Assembly (NCBI RefSeq): GCF_009834535.1
Contig: NC_045697.1
Coordinates: forward strand, 53,880,001-53,944,000
Reading direction: 5' to 3'
DNA: 64,000 nucleotides
DNA from: Camelus ferus
Lineage: Eukaryota
A program made the position numbers and the translations under genes. The stretch's first letter is position 1; the number at the start of each line of letters is the position of its first letter. Shown here piece by piece: positions 1 to 12,259 of the stretch. The notes beneath the pieces are model-generated. The model saw nothing but the letters and a program-made list of their open reading frames with translations, had not been told where the DNA came from and did not search any database.

Positions 1-3000
1 GTTTTTACACATGCTTTCCTTGTTCTTTCTCAATGTCCCACTCCCTTGTTAGGCAGAGATATTATGACTAAGCTCCAAGCAAAGGGCCACTTGCCAGAGC
101 ATGTTTGCCCTCTACTGGCCTCACTCATTCCTCTACAGCAGGCTTCACAGGCTCTCCAGGCTCTCCCTCCTGCTGTTTATTTACAAGTGCTCCAGAAGGC
201 TGGGACATAGCTACTCCATGGAGAGCTCTTTTTGCAAAACCTGTAAAAGTCCAATTAAAAGATCTTATTTCCTTTCCTAGAAAGCTTCAGGATCTTCTAA
301 AATTAGAAGCCCATAGGGGCTTGCAATTTCTAACAACAAAATTCTTATCAGCTGGTCTATTAAGCCCCTGCAACTCTCCATGTAACACCCCCATTCTAGC
401 GGTTAAAAAGCCAGATGGAGCATTTAGAATGGTTCAAGATCTTAGGGCTATAAATGAGGCTGTAATTCCTGTCCATCCCATTGTGCCAAACCCCTACACT
501 CTTTGGGGACAAATTCCAGCTGAGACCTCCTGGTACACAGTGTTGGATCTTAAAGACATCTTTTTCTGTACCCTTGTTCACCTTGACTCTTAATTCCTGT
601 GCCTTCAAATGCATAATCTGGAAACCCAAGATCCCCAACAACTAACCTGGATAGTTCTGCCCAAGGGACTTAAGGATAGCCCTCACTTGCTTGGATCTTT
701 CCACTTTATAATTCTCTGCAGGCAGTGCCTTGTTTCAATACATAGATGACTTGCTGATACACAGCCCTGAGAAGGAATCCTCAAATTCTAACCTTATCAT
801 GGTGTTACAAAAATTGGCCTCCAATGGATATAAAGTTTCTCCCTCTAAGGCCCAAATAACTGCACAGGAAGTATAATTCCTCAGACTCATATTAACCGCA
901 GTAACCAAAAGTCTGCCAACTCAGAGGAGACAATCTTAGATATGGGAGTTATCCACAACCAAGCAACAGCTGTGTTCTTTCTTGGGCGTGCCAGGGTTTT
1001 GCGGAACTTAGATACCCCAATTTGACCTCATAACTAAATCCCTTTATGAGGCCTTACGAGGACCAGAAAATGAGCTCTCAGAATGTACCCCAGAAATGAA
1101 CCGGGCCTTGACAACTCTTAAAGAAGCTTTTTCAACGGCCTCAGCCCTGGCCCTGCCAAACTTACAAAAGGTTTTCTTCTTATTCATATGTGAAAAGCAA
1201 GGTGTCACCTTGGGGGTCCTTATCCAAGCCTTGGGACCCACTCAGCACCCAGTAGCCTATTTATCCAAAAATCTGGATCCTTCTCTCAAGGATGGCACCT
1301 TTGCCTCAGGGCATTGGCATCTACAGCTTTATAGGTAGAAGCAGCATCTAAATTAACCTTGGAACAGGGGATGACCATTTATACCCCCACCAAGTTTTAG
1401 ACATCCAAAACCCCCAAGCATTTCACTGTATTTCAGACAGCCAAATGACTAAATACCAAACTCTATTTTTAGAAACCCCCGAACGCAACATTAGACCCTG
1501 CTCCCCTACTTCCTAACCCCAACTCTAACTCCTTTTTGGAACATTCCTGTCTCTAAATGCTAGAAGTAACTTGCCCAGCCAAGCAGGACCTTCCAGATAC
1601 ACCCATTGACGATCCAGATGACACACGGTTTACTGACAGCAGTAGTTTTATTTTAAATGGAGTAAGGCTGTCAGGCTACGCAGCAGTAAGGCTCACAGAG
1701 GTTACAGAATCGGGGCCGCTTCCATGGGGCTCCACCTCAGCTCCAAAGGCAGAATTCAGAGCTTTACAACTTGGAGCTGATAGGAGACTAAATCTTTACA
1801 CAGACTCGTCCTATGCTTTTCATGTTGTTCATGCCCATGCTGCCATGTGGCGAGAACGAGGTCTCCTCACAGCACAAAATACTCCAATAAAACACACCCC
1901 AGAAATCGTGGCTTTACAAGAAGCCGTCGTGCTCCCCCGACGAGTGGCAATAATTCATTGTCAAGCACACCAAAAGGGACACGGCGAAATCCCCCAAGGA
2001 AATAGGGCAGATAAACAGGCTAGGGAAGCAGCAAAACTCCCCACACAGGCAGCCCTCGTCCAGCCTTTACACCTCTCACTCCACATCACACCGAGGAAGA
2101 AATCCAAAAGGCAACAGGGACAGGCTTCGTCTTTACCCCAGAAGGATGGTTTAAAAATAGGGTAAACTGTTGCTTCCAGGGGCCTTACAATGGAAGCTGT
2201 TACACAACCTTCGCCAAATCACACACCTTGGGGCCAAAGCCTTACAGGACTCAATACCACTCACTTCTGTAGGAAAAGTGATTTCCCGGACAATACGTAA
2301 CATCCCTCGAGCCCGCCTTCCTCGCTGTCGGACAGATGCCGAGGGCGCCCTTTGAAGCCGCCTCCTTCATTACACCCCCTTCAGAGATAAGGAACTTCAC
2401 CCGGAGAGGACTGGCAGATAGGTTTCACCAACATGCCTCCTTGTAAGGGCTTAAAATATCTCTCGGTATTTGTTGACACGTTTACTGGATGGACTGAGGC
2501 CTTATCTACTCAAACTGAAGGGCCTCAGAGGGAAATAGTGCTTTGACAGAACATACGTCCCTCGTTTTGGTTTGCCTCCTTTGCTACAATCGGATATGGG
2601 CCTCAGCTTTGCTTCACAGATGACACAAAGAGTGCCAGAAACTCTTCAGACTGAACATGACTTACCCCAGGCCTCAGGCTGCGTGGAAAGGCCCACCAGA
2701 CCCTTGAGAGCCTTGTAAGGAAACGCCCGCGGAGGAAACTCCGCCATCTTGCCGGCTCTTCTTCCTGCCGCCTCACTCCGCGCGGACGGCTCCCAAGCCG
2801 GACACATTTAAGCGTTTGGAGCTCCTTTCCGGCCGGCCGTTTCTCCAGACGCATTTACTAATAGATTCTGGAAATCATTCTCTCGCCCAATAACTTCAGG
2901 CCAGAATGTTAAGTCTCTTCATGAATATTGTGATAAATTTAGTCCAAAGCCTGATCCCCAACTTTCAGGGAAACTCACAGCCAAAATTCCCCCACCCTGG

Positions 3001-3273
3001 GGTTGGGTTTACTTTAAAATTCTCCCTCAGGATAAACAGCCACTTCAGCTGGCCTGGGCCGGACCGCATCAGGTGCTTTTAACCAGCCCTACGGCAGTCA
3101 GGTTCAACGGGTTTGCTTCTTGGGTCCAGCTGCCCCGCATGGAGGTTGCCGCCCCGTTGCCGTTAGAAGTGGCTGAGGCGTCTCCAGCAAAAACCGCCGA
3201 CAGCTGCGAACCTGTGGAGGATCTCTGCCTGTTGTTCAGGAGAAAACCTGGTGCTCTGAATCCCAATTCCTAA
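1..3273 (+). pseudogene. pol: ERV pro-pol remnant with several frameshifts and stops
   Basis: Protease end CPTPLLGRD (34-60); RT NTPILAVKKPDG..VQDLRAIN..YTVLDLKD and QYIDDLL (736-756); RNase H FTDSSS..LYTDSSYAF..HCQAHQ..GN; IN PGEDWQIGFT, VFVDTFTGWTEA, LQSD and W.GPHQVLLTSPTAV. Confidence 0.95.
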
Positions 3274-3598
3274 CTCATGGGCGCCACCTGCTGGCTAACC
3301 CCATCAGTGGCCCTTGTTTCCTTAGCTATTCCTGGTAGCATTTTGTCTTATTATACTTCTTACTTTCTGTTGCTCCAAGCCGTGCTAATCCCTGCACTTC
3401 CCATCCTTGTGCTGACTGGTACTAAGTTCTCGACCTGCCCTATTTTATGACATTATTCTTTCAACATTAACTGAAATTCCCGTTTAAGGTCTTCTTTCTT
3501 TTTCTGAAACAGTTTACAGATTTAATTCCTGATCTATATCTTCAAGGTGACTTCTGATTTTACACCTGATGAAATTAATCTTTACTTAGAATATTAAA

Positions 3599-5036
3599 TA
3601 TGACACCCAGTTGTTCTGATTTTCCTTCTTACTTCACCCCTTACTGTTATAGGAAACAGCTTTTGGGGATGGGCTTTTTCCTATGCTAAAGTGTTTACTC
3701 CAATTTCCGGATCTGTGGCCAACTGCCAGTCTCCAGATTTTTGGGGCTCCCTTCGTGGGTTTCCCTTTTGCAGGGGTCCTATTGGATCCAACTTGCAAAG
3801 CTCATACAGGGGCTCAGAGAGATTGACAGTATTTTAAATGATCCAGACGTTAGTGAATGGAACCCTCTCATGTGGAAAATTAATTTTACATAATCAAACC
3901 CAGGGCATAATTTTTTGTTTCCGTTTATGAGACCTATTCTCAGCAGGAATGAGCGATGACCTAGTTAAAACGTCAGGGAGACTGGTCTTGGAAACTTCCA
4001 CCACGCCTAGAGAGAAGAAACGACAGGTACTCCCAAATACGGGATGGCACTTTCTGGCTTACTCCCGAATATGGTTGGCTCAGCTGCACCCACTCCCTTA
4101 TGTTGGGAACAAAGAAATCATTCCCATGATTCTTGGCCAAATTTCACTAGTCATGTTAGATGGACATCCTCAGACCATGTGGAGCGACTGTATATCTCAA
4201 GTAGTCTGATTGGTTTGGAACTAACTGGATCCACAAATTCCAGATTCCCTGGCCCTCAATGGAATTAAATGGATGTATGAGTCCAATCTCTGGCCTTGGC
4301 TGCTAAACGTGTGGATTGGCCAGTGCACATTCGGTTTCCCCTGGGCTCAGGTACATATATGGGCCTCACTCCAGAGTGCAAAAACAGCCAACCTCCCCCG
4401 TTACGTGCTCAGCGGACCAGGTCAGTTTTCCAATGCTACAATCACTTACTAAACTCTATATATCCATGTAAGCCTTCGTCTAGAAGCTCTAGAAAAATTT
4501 ACACAAAAAGCACTAAGTGATGCCAAGGAAATTACATTTTTATTCAATACAGAGATGATCCGAATGAAGAGAATCTTACGAAACTGCATGTAAGACTTGC
4601 ACATGCTAAGTAATACATACTGAGTGCTGTACTTACATCCCTGACGAGTTAGGTAAAGTTTCTACTCTCCTCACCCAGTTACAAACTCACATAAACACTT
4701 AAGGGGATGCCAGTGCTTACAGTACTCACCAAACAGGTCATTGACTGGTTTTCCAGTGTCTTTTCCTGGATCCCTGACGGAATAAGGTCCTTATTTCTAG
4801 GCATTTTAAAATTACTCCTCTCCATACTTTTACTAGGACTGGCTGTTTATCTTGGTATATGTATTTTTGTCTTGTATCCCTTTCTTACAAAAATGATTGT
4901 CTCTTTTTTGAGATCCAAGTTTCACGAGATTAGAGGCAGATACACTCGCTCTGCTGAAGATGCCATGATCCGTGCCAGTGCTATGATGATGCAGCCCTCA
5001 GACGCCACCGGAGTCTCCTTCCTGGCCGTCCTTTAG
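3599..5036 (+). pseudogene. env: ERV env remnant (gamma-type SU/TM), disrupted
   Basis: Hydrophobic leader; degenerate C-W-I-C-like RICGQLP (~3708); LWPWL..WIGQCTFG (~4290-4335); furin-like RAQRTR (4404-4421); degenerate immunosuppressive domain then TECCTYIPD (~4619-4645); transmembrane helix in ORF 4707..5036. The start position is approximate. Confidence 0.85.
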
Positions 5037-5199
5037 GCAGTCGGATTTCTTTGGGACGCCAGGACCACCGCGCGCCCTGGACAGACTGGCATGATAGGCA
5101 GGGACAGCGTGATGCCCTTGTTCAGCAGGAAGTAGCCACAGAAGAAGAGACCATCACCCCTCTTCCAAAGATTTGTCACTGCCAATCTATTAGGGGGAC

Positions 5200-5686
5200 T
5201 GTGAGGCCAACTGGCACCCTTCAAAGTCCAACAATCCCCATTCCTGGGCTCCCAGGTGTCCGCCTGCAATCCCTCAAAAGTTAAAGTACATTCTTTCCTG
5301 ACTTGTGTTTGCCTAGCAGCATTAATAGCCTTAGGAAATGGGCTACTCTCACAATAGCTCGGGCTGGTTTGTTTTGACCCACATATCCTTTTCAGAGTCA
5401 TAAATCCCACTGCCCCTTCATGGACCCTAACTTCCTCACTTCATCTACAACCAATCAGAAACTTGTGCATGAGCTGATTACACAGCCCCCAACCCATTGT
5501 GTTCACCAACCCCTCCCCATAAAGGACCCTAAGCTTTCACCATCAGGGCACACACAGGCACCTCTCGTCTGTCTGGCCCACTGCTGTCTGTGGCAGCGTA
5601 CCAGATAAACTCCTTTACTACTCTCCTCCTTCATCTCTGGTAAATTCTTTTACTGTCTTCTCACTGGCCCACTGGATCCCATGACA
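5200..5686 (+). mobile_element. ERV 3' LTR
   Basis: PPT-like AGGGGGAC (5192-5199), then TGTGAG...TGACA termini; CCAAT at 5451; TATA-like CATAAAA at ~5518; degenerate poly(A) signal GATAAA at 5604-5609. Confidence 0.8.
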
Positions 5687-6934
5687 AGGATTGAAGGAAA
5701 TAAAAACTGAGGCAAACACACTGAATCAGATCACAAATACTGCAGAGTAGCACAGGATGGGGAAATAAGGCCAGGAAAACAATTAGAAACGAGAGCTTTA
5801 GAAGCACAGCAGATAATCAGGGGGCTTCTGATGTAAGGTGTTAGCAAATAACACACATTCTAATCAGTTGACTGAAAATTCCTAGAGCCTTTAGGTCTAG
5901 GGGGCTCTATCAGCTGAGGTTCAGTCAAGAAAGCAAATTCGCTAATTCTCTCTATAGCTGGTCTTGTTCATTCTTTTGATCTTCCATTCAGTCCCATTTT
6001 ATTTCGTATAATCAATGAGTGTATTTCTGATTTCTAGAATTTCTAAATGGTTCTTTTTATATTCAACCATCCCACCCATACCCATGCTTATTAACTGCTT
6101 CATCTCTGAACATGTTAAATGTGCTTACTTTAAAAAGCTCATCCTGATTTTTTTTTCTATCTAAAAACCGTGGGTGCTAATCACCCTGTTTTGTATGGTT
6201 GGTTATTTCCTCATGTGGTTTTCATGAATTAATCTTCAATGGGTGTTGATTTCTTCAAATATTCCATATGTCTTGTATTGTAAAAGCATCCCTTCAGAAT
6301 GGTTTCTTGATTGCCTCTGCTGGGGTCTAGGGGATGACCATTTCCATATAATTTTTTTAGCCTATAGTCACTGCATTCTGTAGACAGAGTAAATTTTGAT
6401 CCTTATTTGATAATGTCTTTATCTTTTTTAATTCCTTTCCAAACTACTGTTGTATATCTCCTACAATCATTTATTCATGCAATTTCCTCTTATGAAACCA
6501 AAAGAGGATATCCATAAATTGTTAGCATATTTGGCTGTGTATGTTGTCCTATGTTGTCTTTTCTTCAAGATGTACATGCGACTGAAGCAGAAGTGGGGAG
6601 GGTTGAGTCGTTTATAATCAGCTCAGTCCACTACACTGAATGGAACTCTTAAGTGTGTATGTTCGAGGATGGGGCATTCCTTTTTAATTATTTTTAGAAA
6701 TTTTATTGCACTATAGTCAGAGATGTCTTATATAAATACTGAGAATTTGCTGAGATTTCATTTGTGACCTTGCCTAAGGTCAATTTTTATAAAATGTTAC
6801 ATCTGTGTGCTCCTGAAAAGAATGCATACACTCTATTTGGAGCTGCAGGATTCAAAAGATAAATCTTGTTACTTTTGTTGCCAAAAAAAATCAACTTTCA
6901 TACTAATTTTTGTTTGCTTGATCTATCAGTTTCT

Positions 6935-7476
6935 GAAGGTTCCCAAACTCCCATCCAGCTGTTTGCCATTTGAAAATCAATACCAAGAGGCAATTGTTGG
7001 TAGAAAGGAAAGTTACTTTTAAAGAATGCCAGAAATCTGGGGAGAAGGCAGACTTACATACCCCCAAAAACAACTCTGAAGATTCTGCTCAGCCATGGAA
7101 GTTTTAAAGGGAAAAGGAGAAGCAATCTCAATTAATCACTGAGAAAGGGGATCAAACTCATAGCCATCTCCTACTGCATGCAGGCTTGCTGACTATTATC
7201 TTTCTTTTGATGCTACTTTGTTCACATAGTCAAGGGGAAGCTAGGAAAGAGATCTAGATATCTGTTAATTACTTATTCTTCATTTCTATTTCTTTGATCT
7301 ATTAAAAGAACCAACAGATTCGGCAAGTATTATTTGATCAAAAGGTTTGAAAAATGTGCTTGGGCTGGAGGTGAGTAGAGCATGAGGTTGCCTGATTTAA
7401 AAGTTAGTTACAATGTAGCTTTGGTAAAGTGAGAAGGCAAAAGGGGTTTCTTGCTGAGAGCAGTTTCCTGCTTACA
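6935..7476 (-). mobile_element. Probable solo LTR interrupting old antisense L1 sequence
   Basis: Minus-strand start TGTAAGCAGG at 7476; TATA-like CCCTTTAAAA; LTR-like composition; left boundary approximate. Confidence 0.5.
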
Positions 7477-7729
7477 TGAGGGTACATAAAAATTTCACAA
7501 TTTTTCTTATGTGTTGATTCTTAGTAAATTACTTCTAACCATAGAAATGTTTAACACATTTCATACTTTCCATCTTTTCTTCTACTTGTTTGATATTAAT
7601 AATATTGCATAAATTTTCATTTAGTATTAGAAATTTTATATATCTGTATGTGTAACATATATATATATAAATATATATATAAACAATTTTAGGCCATTTG
7701 TATTAGTTATTTCATTTTTAAATTAAAAA

Positions 7730-8115
7730 ATCGTAACTTTACAGTAAACTGTAGACATCACCTTAATCAAGTGATCAAAGGTAACATCACCATTAATGAG
7801 ATACATTAACATCATGTATCTCCTGAAAATGAGATCACACTTCTGCAGCATTATTGCCAAAAACGCATAATTTGAATTGAATCATGAGTAAATATCAAGT
7901 AAACCTAAACTGAGGATCATCCTCTAAAATAACTAGCCAATAATTCATCAAAATTGTCAAAATTAAGAAGGATTAAAAAAAAAAAAGGCCAAGGGATTAT
8001 CCCCAATTAAAAGAGACTAAGGAGACATGACAACTAAATGCAACATATGATCCTGGATTGGATCCTGGTGCAAAAAAAAAAAAAAAAAAAAAAAAAAAAT
8101 TAGTGAGACAATAGG
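7730..8115 (+). mobile_element. L1MC-type 3' UTR fragment
   Basis: Recognisable motifs CACCTTAATCAAGTGATCAAAG and GAGACTAAGGAGACATGACAACTAAATGCAAC..GATCCTGGATTGGATCCTG. Confidence 0.7.
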
Positions 8116-8491
8116 AAAACCAGAAGCTAGGGCATTATACTGTGATTCCTATACCCTTCCTACCCTCAATCCCCCTCTACCCCAAATTAGCGTCCTTTTC
8201 TAAAGAAATTGAAATAAACTGGCCAGGGTGAAATAAAGCAACTAAAATCAAGGTAACACATCAAAGTAAAGCCTTTCTCATCCTAAAATTTATGGGTCCC
8301 TTAGGTAATGCTTAGTAATACACACTCAGCATAAAAGTCAAAGCCAGACAGTTAACAAATCCTTCACAGGTACAAAGAGATCCCAGCAATCTCTTCGATC
8401 TATTGCCTCTTTCTTAAATATGGACAACCAAAGATCAGCCAACATTTAGGGATAGCTGATAAAATGGCAGAGTAAGGCCAAGATAAATAAC

Positions 8492-8496
<5 letters not shown>

Positions 8497-8536
<40 letters not shown>
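8497..8536. repeat. (CA)n microsatellite
   Basis: About 20 CA units. Confidence 0.97.
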
Positions 8537-8538
<2 letters not shown>

Positions 8539-8734
8539 CCAGAATACATAGACTGATAAACAAAGGAGAATTTTAAAAAATAAAAAGTTAACCTTATTTA
8601 GTAGCATAAATAGTCAAAAATATTTCATCCATATACTACAAAGAAACAAGAGAAAAAGGGGGGGCTCTTATATATTTCACATCTCTTATCCCTATGTCAT
8701 ACCTTTTTATCCCACTTTTTTCACTAGTTTTCGC

Positions 8735-10150
8735 TGTGCAAAGGGGCTTCTGCACGGTTATAATTTGGTAGCCCAGATCTCTCTCTTCCTACAGTAGGGC
8801 TTCTTTGACATCACTGCATAGAACTGCTGATGGAGCTCATTAACACTCACATATGCATAGTCTAGCAGTATGTTCAATAGGAGCCCTCCCCCATCCTCCA
8901 GGTAGTCACCTGTGAGTACATGCCACGTGGCTTCTTACTGGGTCCCAGCGGGATTAGGTTCCAGTTGCTCACAGTGATGATGAGCTTGGCAATATGCTTG
9001 TACTACCTTTCCTCCCCTCCTGTTTCACCCTTCCCTGTCCCTACCTCCTGTACCCCAGGATTCTCTCAATAAGCTATTACATTCTGATCCTTATCTCAGG
9101 CTCTATTTTCTGAGGGGAATAGACTGAGACAGTTTGTACCAGAACTGGCTCTAAAAAGCACACTGCAGGATGAAACTTGGAAATTGGATAATTCACTGGC
9201 AATCCTGGCAATAACAATCTCACTACTGATGGCATGTGTGACGGTGATAGCTCTTAGCATTCACTCGAATCACAATTTATAAGATTCACACAAGATAGGA
9301 ACAAGGAATTTGGGTGAGGTACACGGGGAAGGTAAAGTATTGACTTACAGAAAGTATAGGGACAATGCTAATTACATAGTTTATAGTGATTTTTTTTAAA
9401 TGTCACAGTTTTAGAAGTTCTGTAAAAAGTAAATGACAAGCTCAGTTTGAACAAATATCAAATCAAAGTACACTGTGAAATTCAGAAGTTCTCCCTGGCA
9501 GTGTTTAGAGATTCTCTTCTTCTGTAGCAGCAGAAAACCAGGCTTAAAATTTAATTGCAAAGATAAAAGAGCTACAAAGGAGACTCAACTCACAACCTCA
9601 ACAGCTTCCTAGACCAAAGTCAGGGCCTAGATAGAAAGAGAATGGGACTCCTGAGACCTGAGGTAGGGGAACAAGCCTGCAAATCCTCAATACCCAGACT
9701 CTTCTGGGTTCTGCTTCTGGAGGTAGGATAGTGAAGACATTTCTTTCATGGGTCACAGTAAGGCTACCACTGAACTTAAAGCTATGAATATCACATGGTC
9801 ATTTTAGACTCCTCCCATCAGTGGGACAGTGGGCAAGGAAAATAGTTACTATCAGTGGGGACAAGTGACCCTGATTACAGTCAGGAGCTAGGATCATAGT
9901 TACATGATAGGGAAGGAAGGAATTTATCTGAGATCCAAGATGCAGAGGGGTACCTACAATTTAGAGGGGTGGAACTCAGTGCCGAATGAGAACTCTAAGA
10001 GCGCACCTGCAACAAGCATGACCCAAGAAGGGTAGGGCAGTTTGCGGATAAAGGCTCATGTCATCTGATCAGACTAGCAATACAGAACACCTGAACTGCT
10101 GGCCCAGCGAGAGAGAAATAAAGAATTTGTAGTAGAGGAGGATGAAGAGA
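8735..10150 (+). mobile_element. Ancient ERVL LTR (LTR16-like, to ~9131) followed by internal-sequence fragments
   Basis: LTR end CAATAA..TCCTTATCTCAGGCTCT..GACTGAGACA directly followed by GTTTGTACCAGAACTGG internal start. Confidence 0.5.
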
Positions 10151-10539
10151 CAAGTGAAGCTAGCTTTCTGTAAAGACACAGATAGTGGTCACAGTTCTTC
10201 AGTGGAGGAATTGAGACTAAAAATGTGGCTGATTTGGAAAGAGGCAAAAAATTTTACAAGGGTTAGATAAATTAATTATAAAAATGCATTTTATAAACCT
10301 GATAAATCTATAAACAGCTATGTAAGGATATTATCTGGAGATGTGATAACCACTAGAAGAAACAAAAACTGAAATGGTTAAGTAGGCTAACGGTGAGGAG
10401 ATACTTATTTTATAATATAAGGCCATATATAGTGTTTGATCTGTTTAACCACATATAAGAATTCTTAGATTTTTGCTAAGTTTTGTTTTCCTTCTCAAAT
10501 GAAGTATCATTATCATGAAAGTCAAGAACTGGACAAGAA

Positions 10540-12250
10540 TATTTAGTTGTCAATCTTTAACCATGCAGTATTGTACTAGAAGTCCTGGCCAATTCAATAA
10601 GAAAAATATGTTAAAATAATAAAATTGGAACACAGAAGGAGAATTTGACATTATTTGTAGGTAATATGGTGTCTGTTGAGAAAAATCAAACGTAACAACT
10701 GGAAAATTATCATAGGTTATTGTAAGTTCTGTAAGATGGCCAAGAACAAGATTAATATTAAAAATCAATAGATTTCCTAAGTGTCAGGAAAAAAAATCAA
10801 ACATAAAATATTGTAGAATTTACCACAATAGGAACGGAAAACATAAAATAAATAAAAATAATCTTAACGAGAAATGTACAATACACATTGGAAGAAAAAT
10901 ATAAAGATTTACTTAAGAATATGAAAAAAAAAGGAAAGAACTACTGTGTACCTAGATGGGTAACCTCAATAGTTAAATTATTCTCTCCAAGTAGTTGCAT
11001 GATCTCAATGCATTTATTCAAAATCCTGAAAATATTTTTAAAAGGCACAAAATGTTAGTGTTATTATGGAATATTAAATGCACAAAGATAAGAAAAAAAT
11101 TGAAAGTCAACAATACACACTAGAGAGGACCATAGTTATGAAAACACTGTGGCCCTGGTGTAAGCAGATGCAGATAAGTAGATCAATGAACAGTCTAGAG
11201 TTCAAAGCAGACCCAGGTGTATGTAGAAACTCAGTGCCTAATATTGGGAGCTTTGAAAATTACTCATGATTTCTCAATTATAAACCATGTTGGGACAACT
11301 GTACAATGAGACCCCCATGCGATAGTCTCACAAAAACAAACTGCAGATTGAATTGAAGATTTAAATATTAAAAACTTCAAAATTTTAAAACTACATGGAA
11401 GAACACTTTTTTTGTGTTCTTGTGAAACTTGGAATGAAAACAGTGTAAAACCAAGAATCCATAAATAATTTGTATGTTTAACTATATGAAAGATTTAAAC
11501 TTTTATGTGGAGGAAGATCCCATAAACAAAATAAAAAGACATCGTTAGCTGAGAATACTGATAACACATGTCACATTAATATTCATATATAAAAAGGTAA
11601 ACTCATAAGCAGAGAATAGGAAAAGGCAATTTCTAGGGAAAGGAATAGAAATGTTCAATGAATTTATGAAAAGATGCTCAAATTTATAAATAATTAAGGA
11701 AAAGCAAATCAATTTTAAAAAGAAATAGTGTTTTTCTCCTGTCAGACTGCAGGGATTTAAGGGCTCTATAGTTCCCAGTGCTGATAAGGGTGCATAGTAA
11801 ATGGACAAATCTCATAGACTGTTTAAGTAAATTGTACAACTATTTGGAGAAGAATTTGACAATAACTATCAAAATGTAAGATGACTGAACAATATCATTT
11901 CAAGATACCTCCCTATCTTATAAAAAACAGCGTGTTAAGATGTATGTGTGAAAATACTCGATATAGCACAGTTATCTAATTGTCTAAGATATTGAGGAGT
12001 TCTCTAATTGTCTAAGAATAGGTGAATGGATAAAGATATTTGGGTACATCCATACGTTAGAAAAGCTGGAGCCATCAAAACAGAAAAAAAAGGAAGTCAG
12101 TACTCTTTAACTCTGAAGTATGTTCATGATACATTTTTAAGTGGAAAAAAACTATCCGCAGAATATTTCCTAAGATATTTTACAATGCATGCAAATGATT
12201 ATATACAAACATAGAAAAAAGCCTGGAATAAACATCAAACTGATAATATG
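10540..12250 (+). mobile_element. Highly diverged old L1 (L1M/L1ME) ORF2-3' region
   Basis: A-rich sequence colinear with L1 ORF2 3' motifs (AGAAGTCCTGGCCAAT, CAATGAACAGTCTAGAG, AAAAGATGCTCA). Confidence 0.65.
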
Positions 12251-12259
12251 CTACCCATG

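Larger units (their letters stand above)
1..5686 (+). mobile_element. Decayed class I (gammaretrovirus-like) endogenous retrovirus, 3' portion (5' end lies outside the window)
   Basis: Colinear pro-RT-RNaseH-IN, env, polypurine tract and LTR. Confidence 0.95.

Noticed and set aside
4707..5036. 109-aa env TM ORF as a domesticated syncytin-like gene
   Set aside because: Upstream env is frameshifted with stops; no intact signal peptide, fusion peptide or CX6CC
5033..5608. ORFs spanning the env 3' region and LTR
   Set aside because: They cross the PPT/LTR boundary and show no recognisable protein similarity
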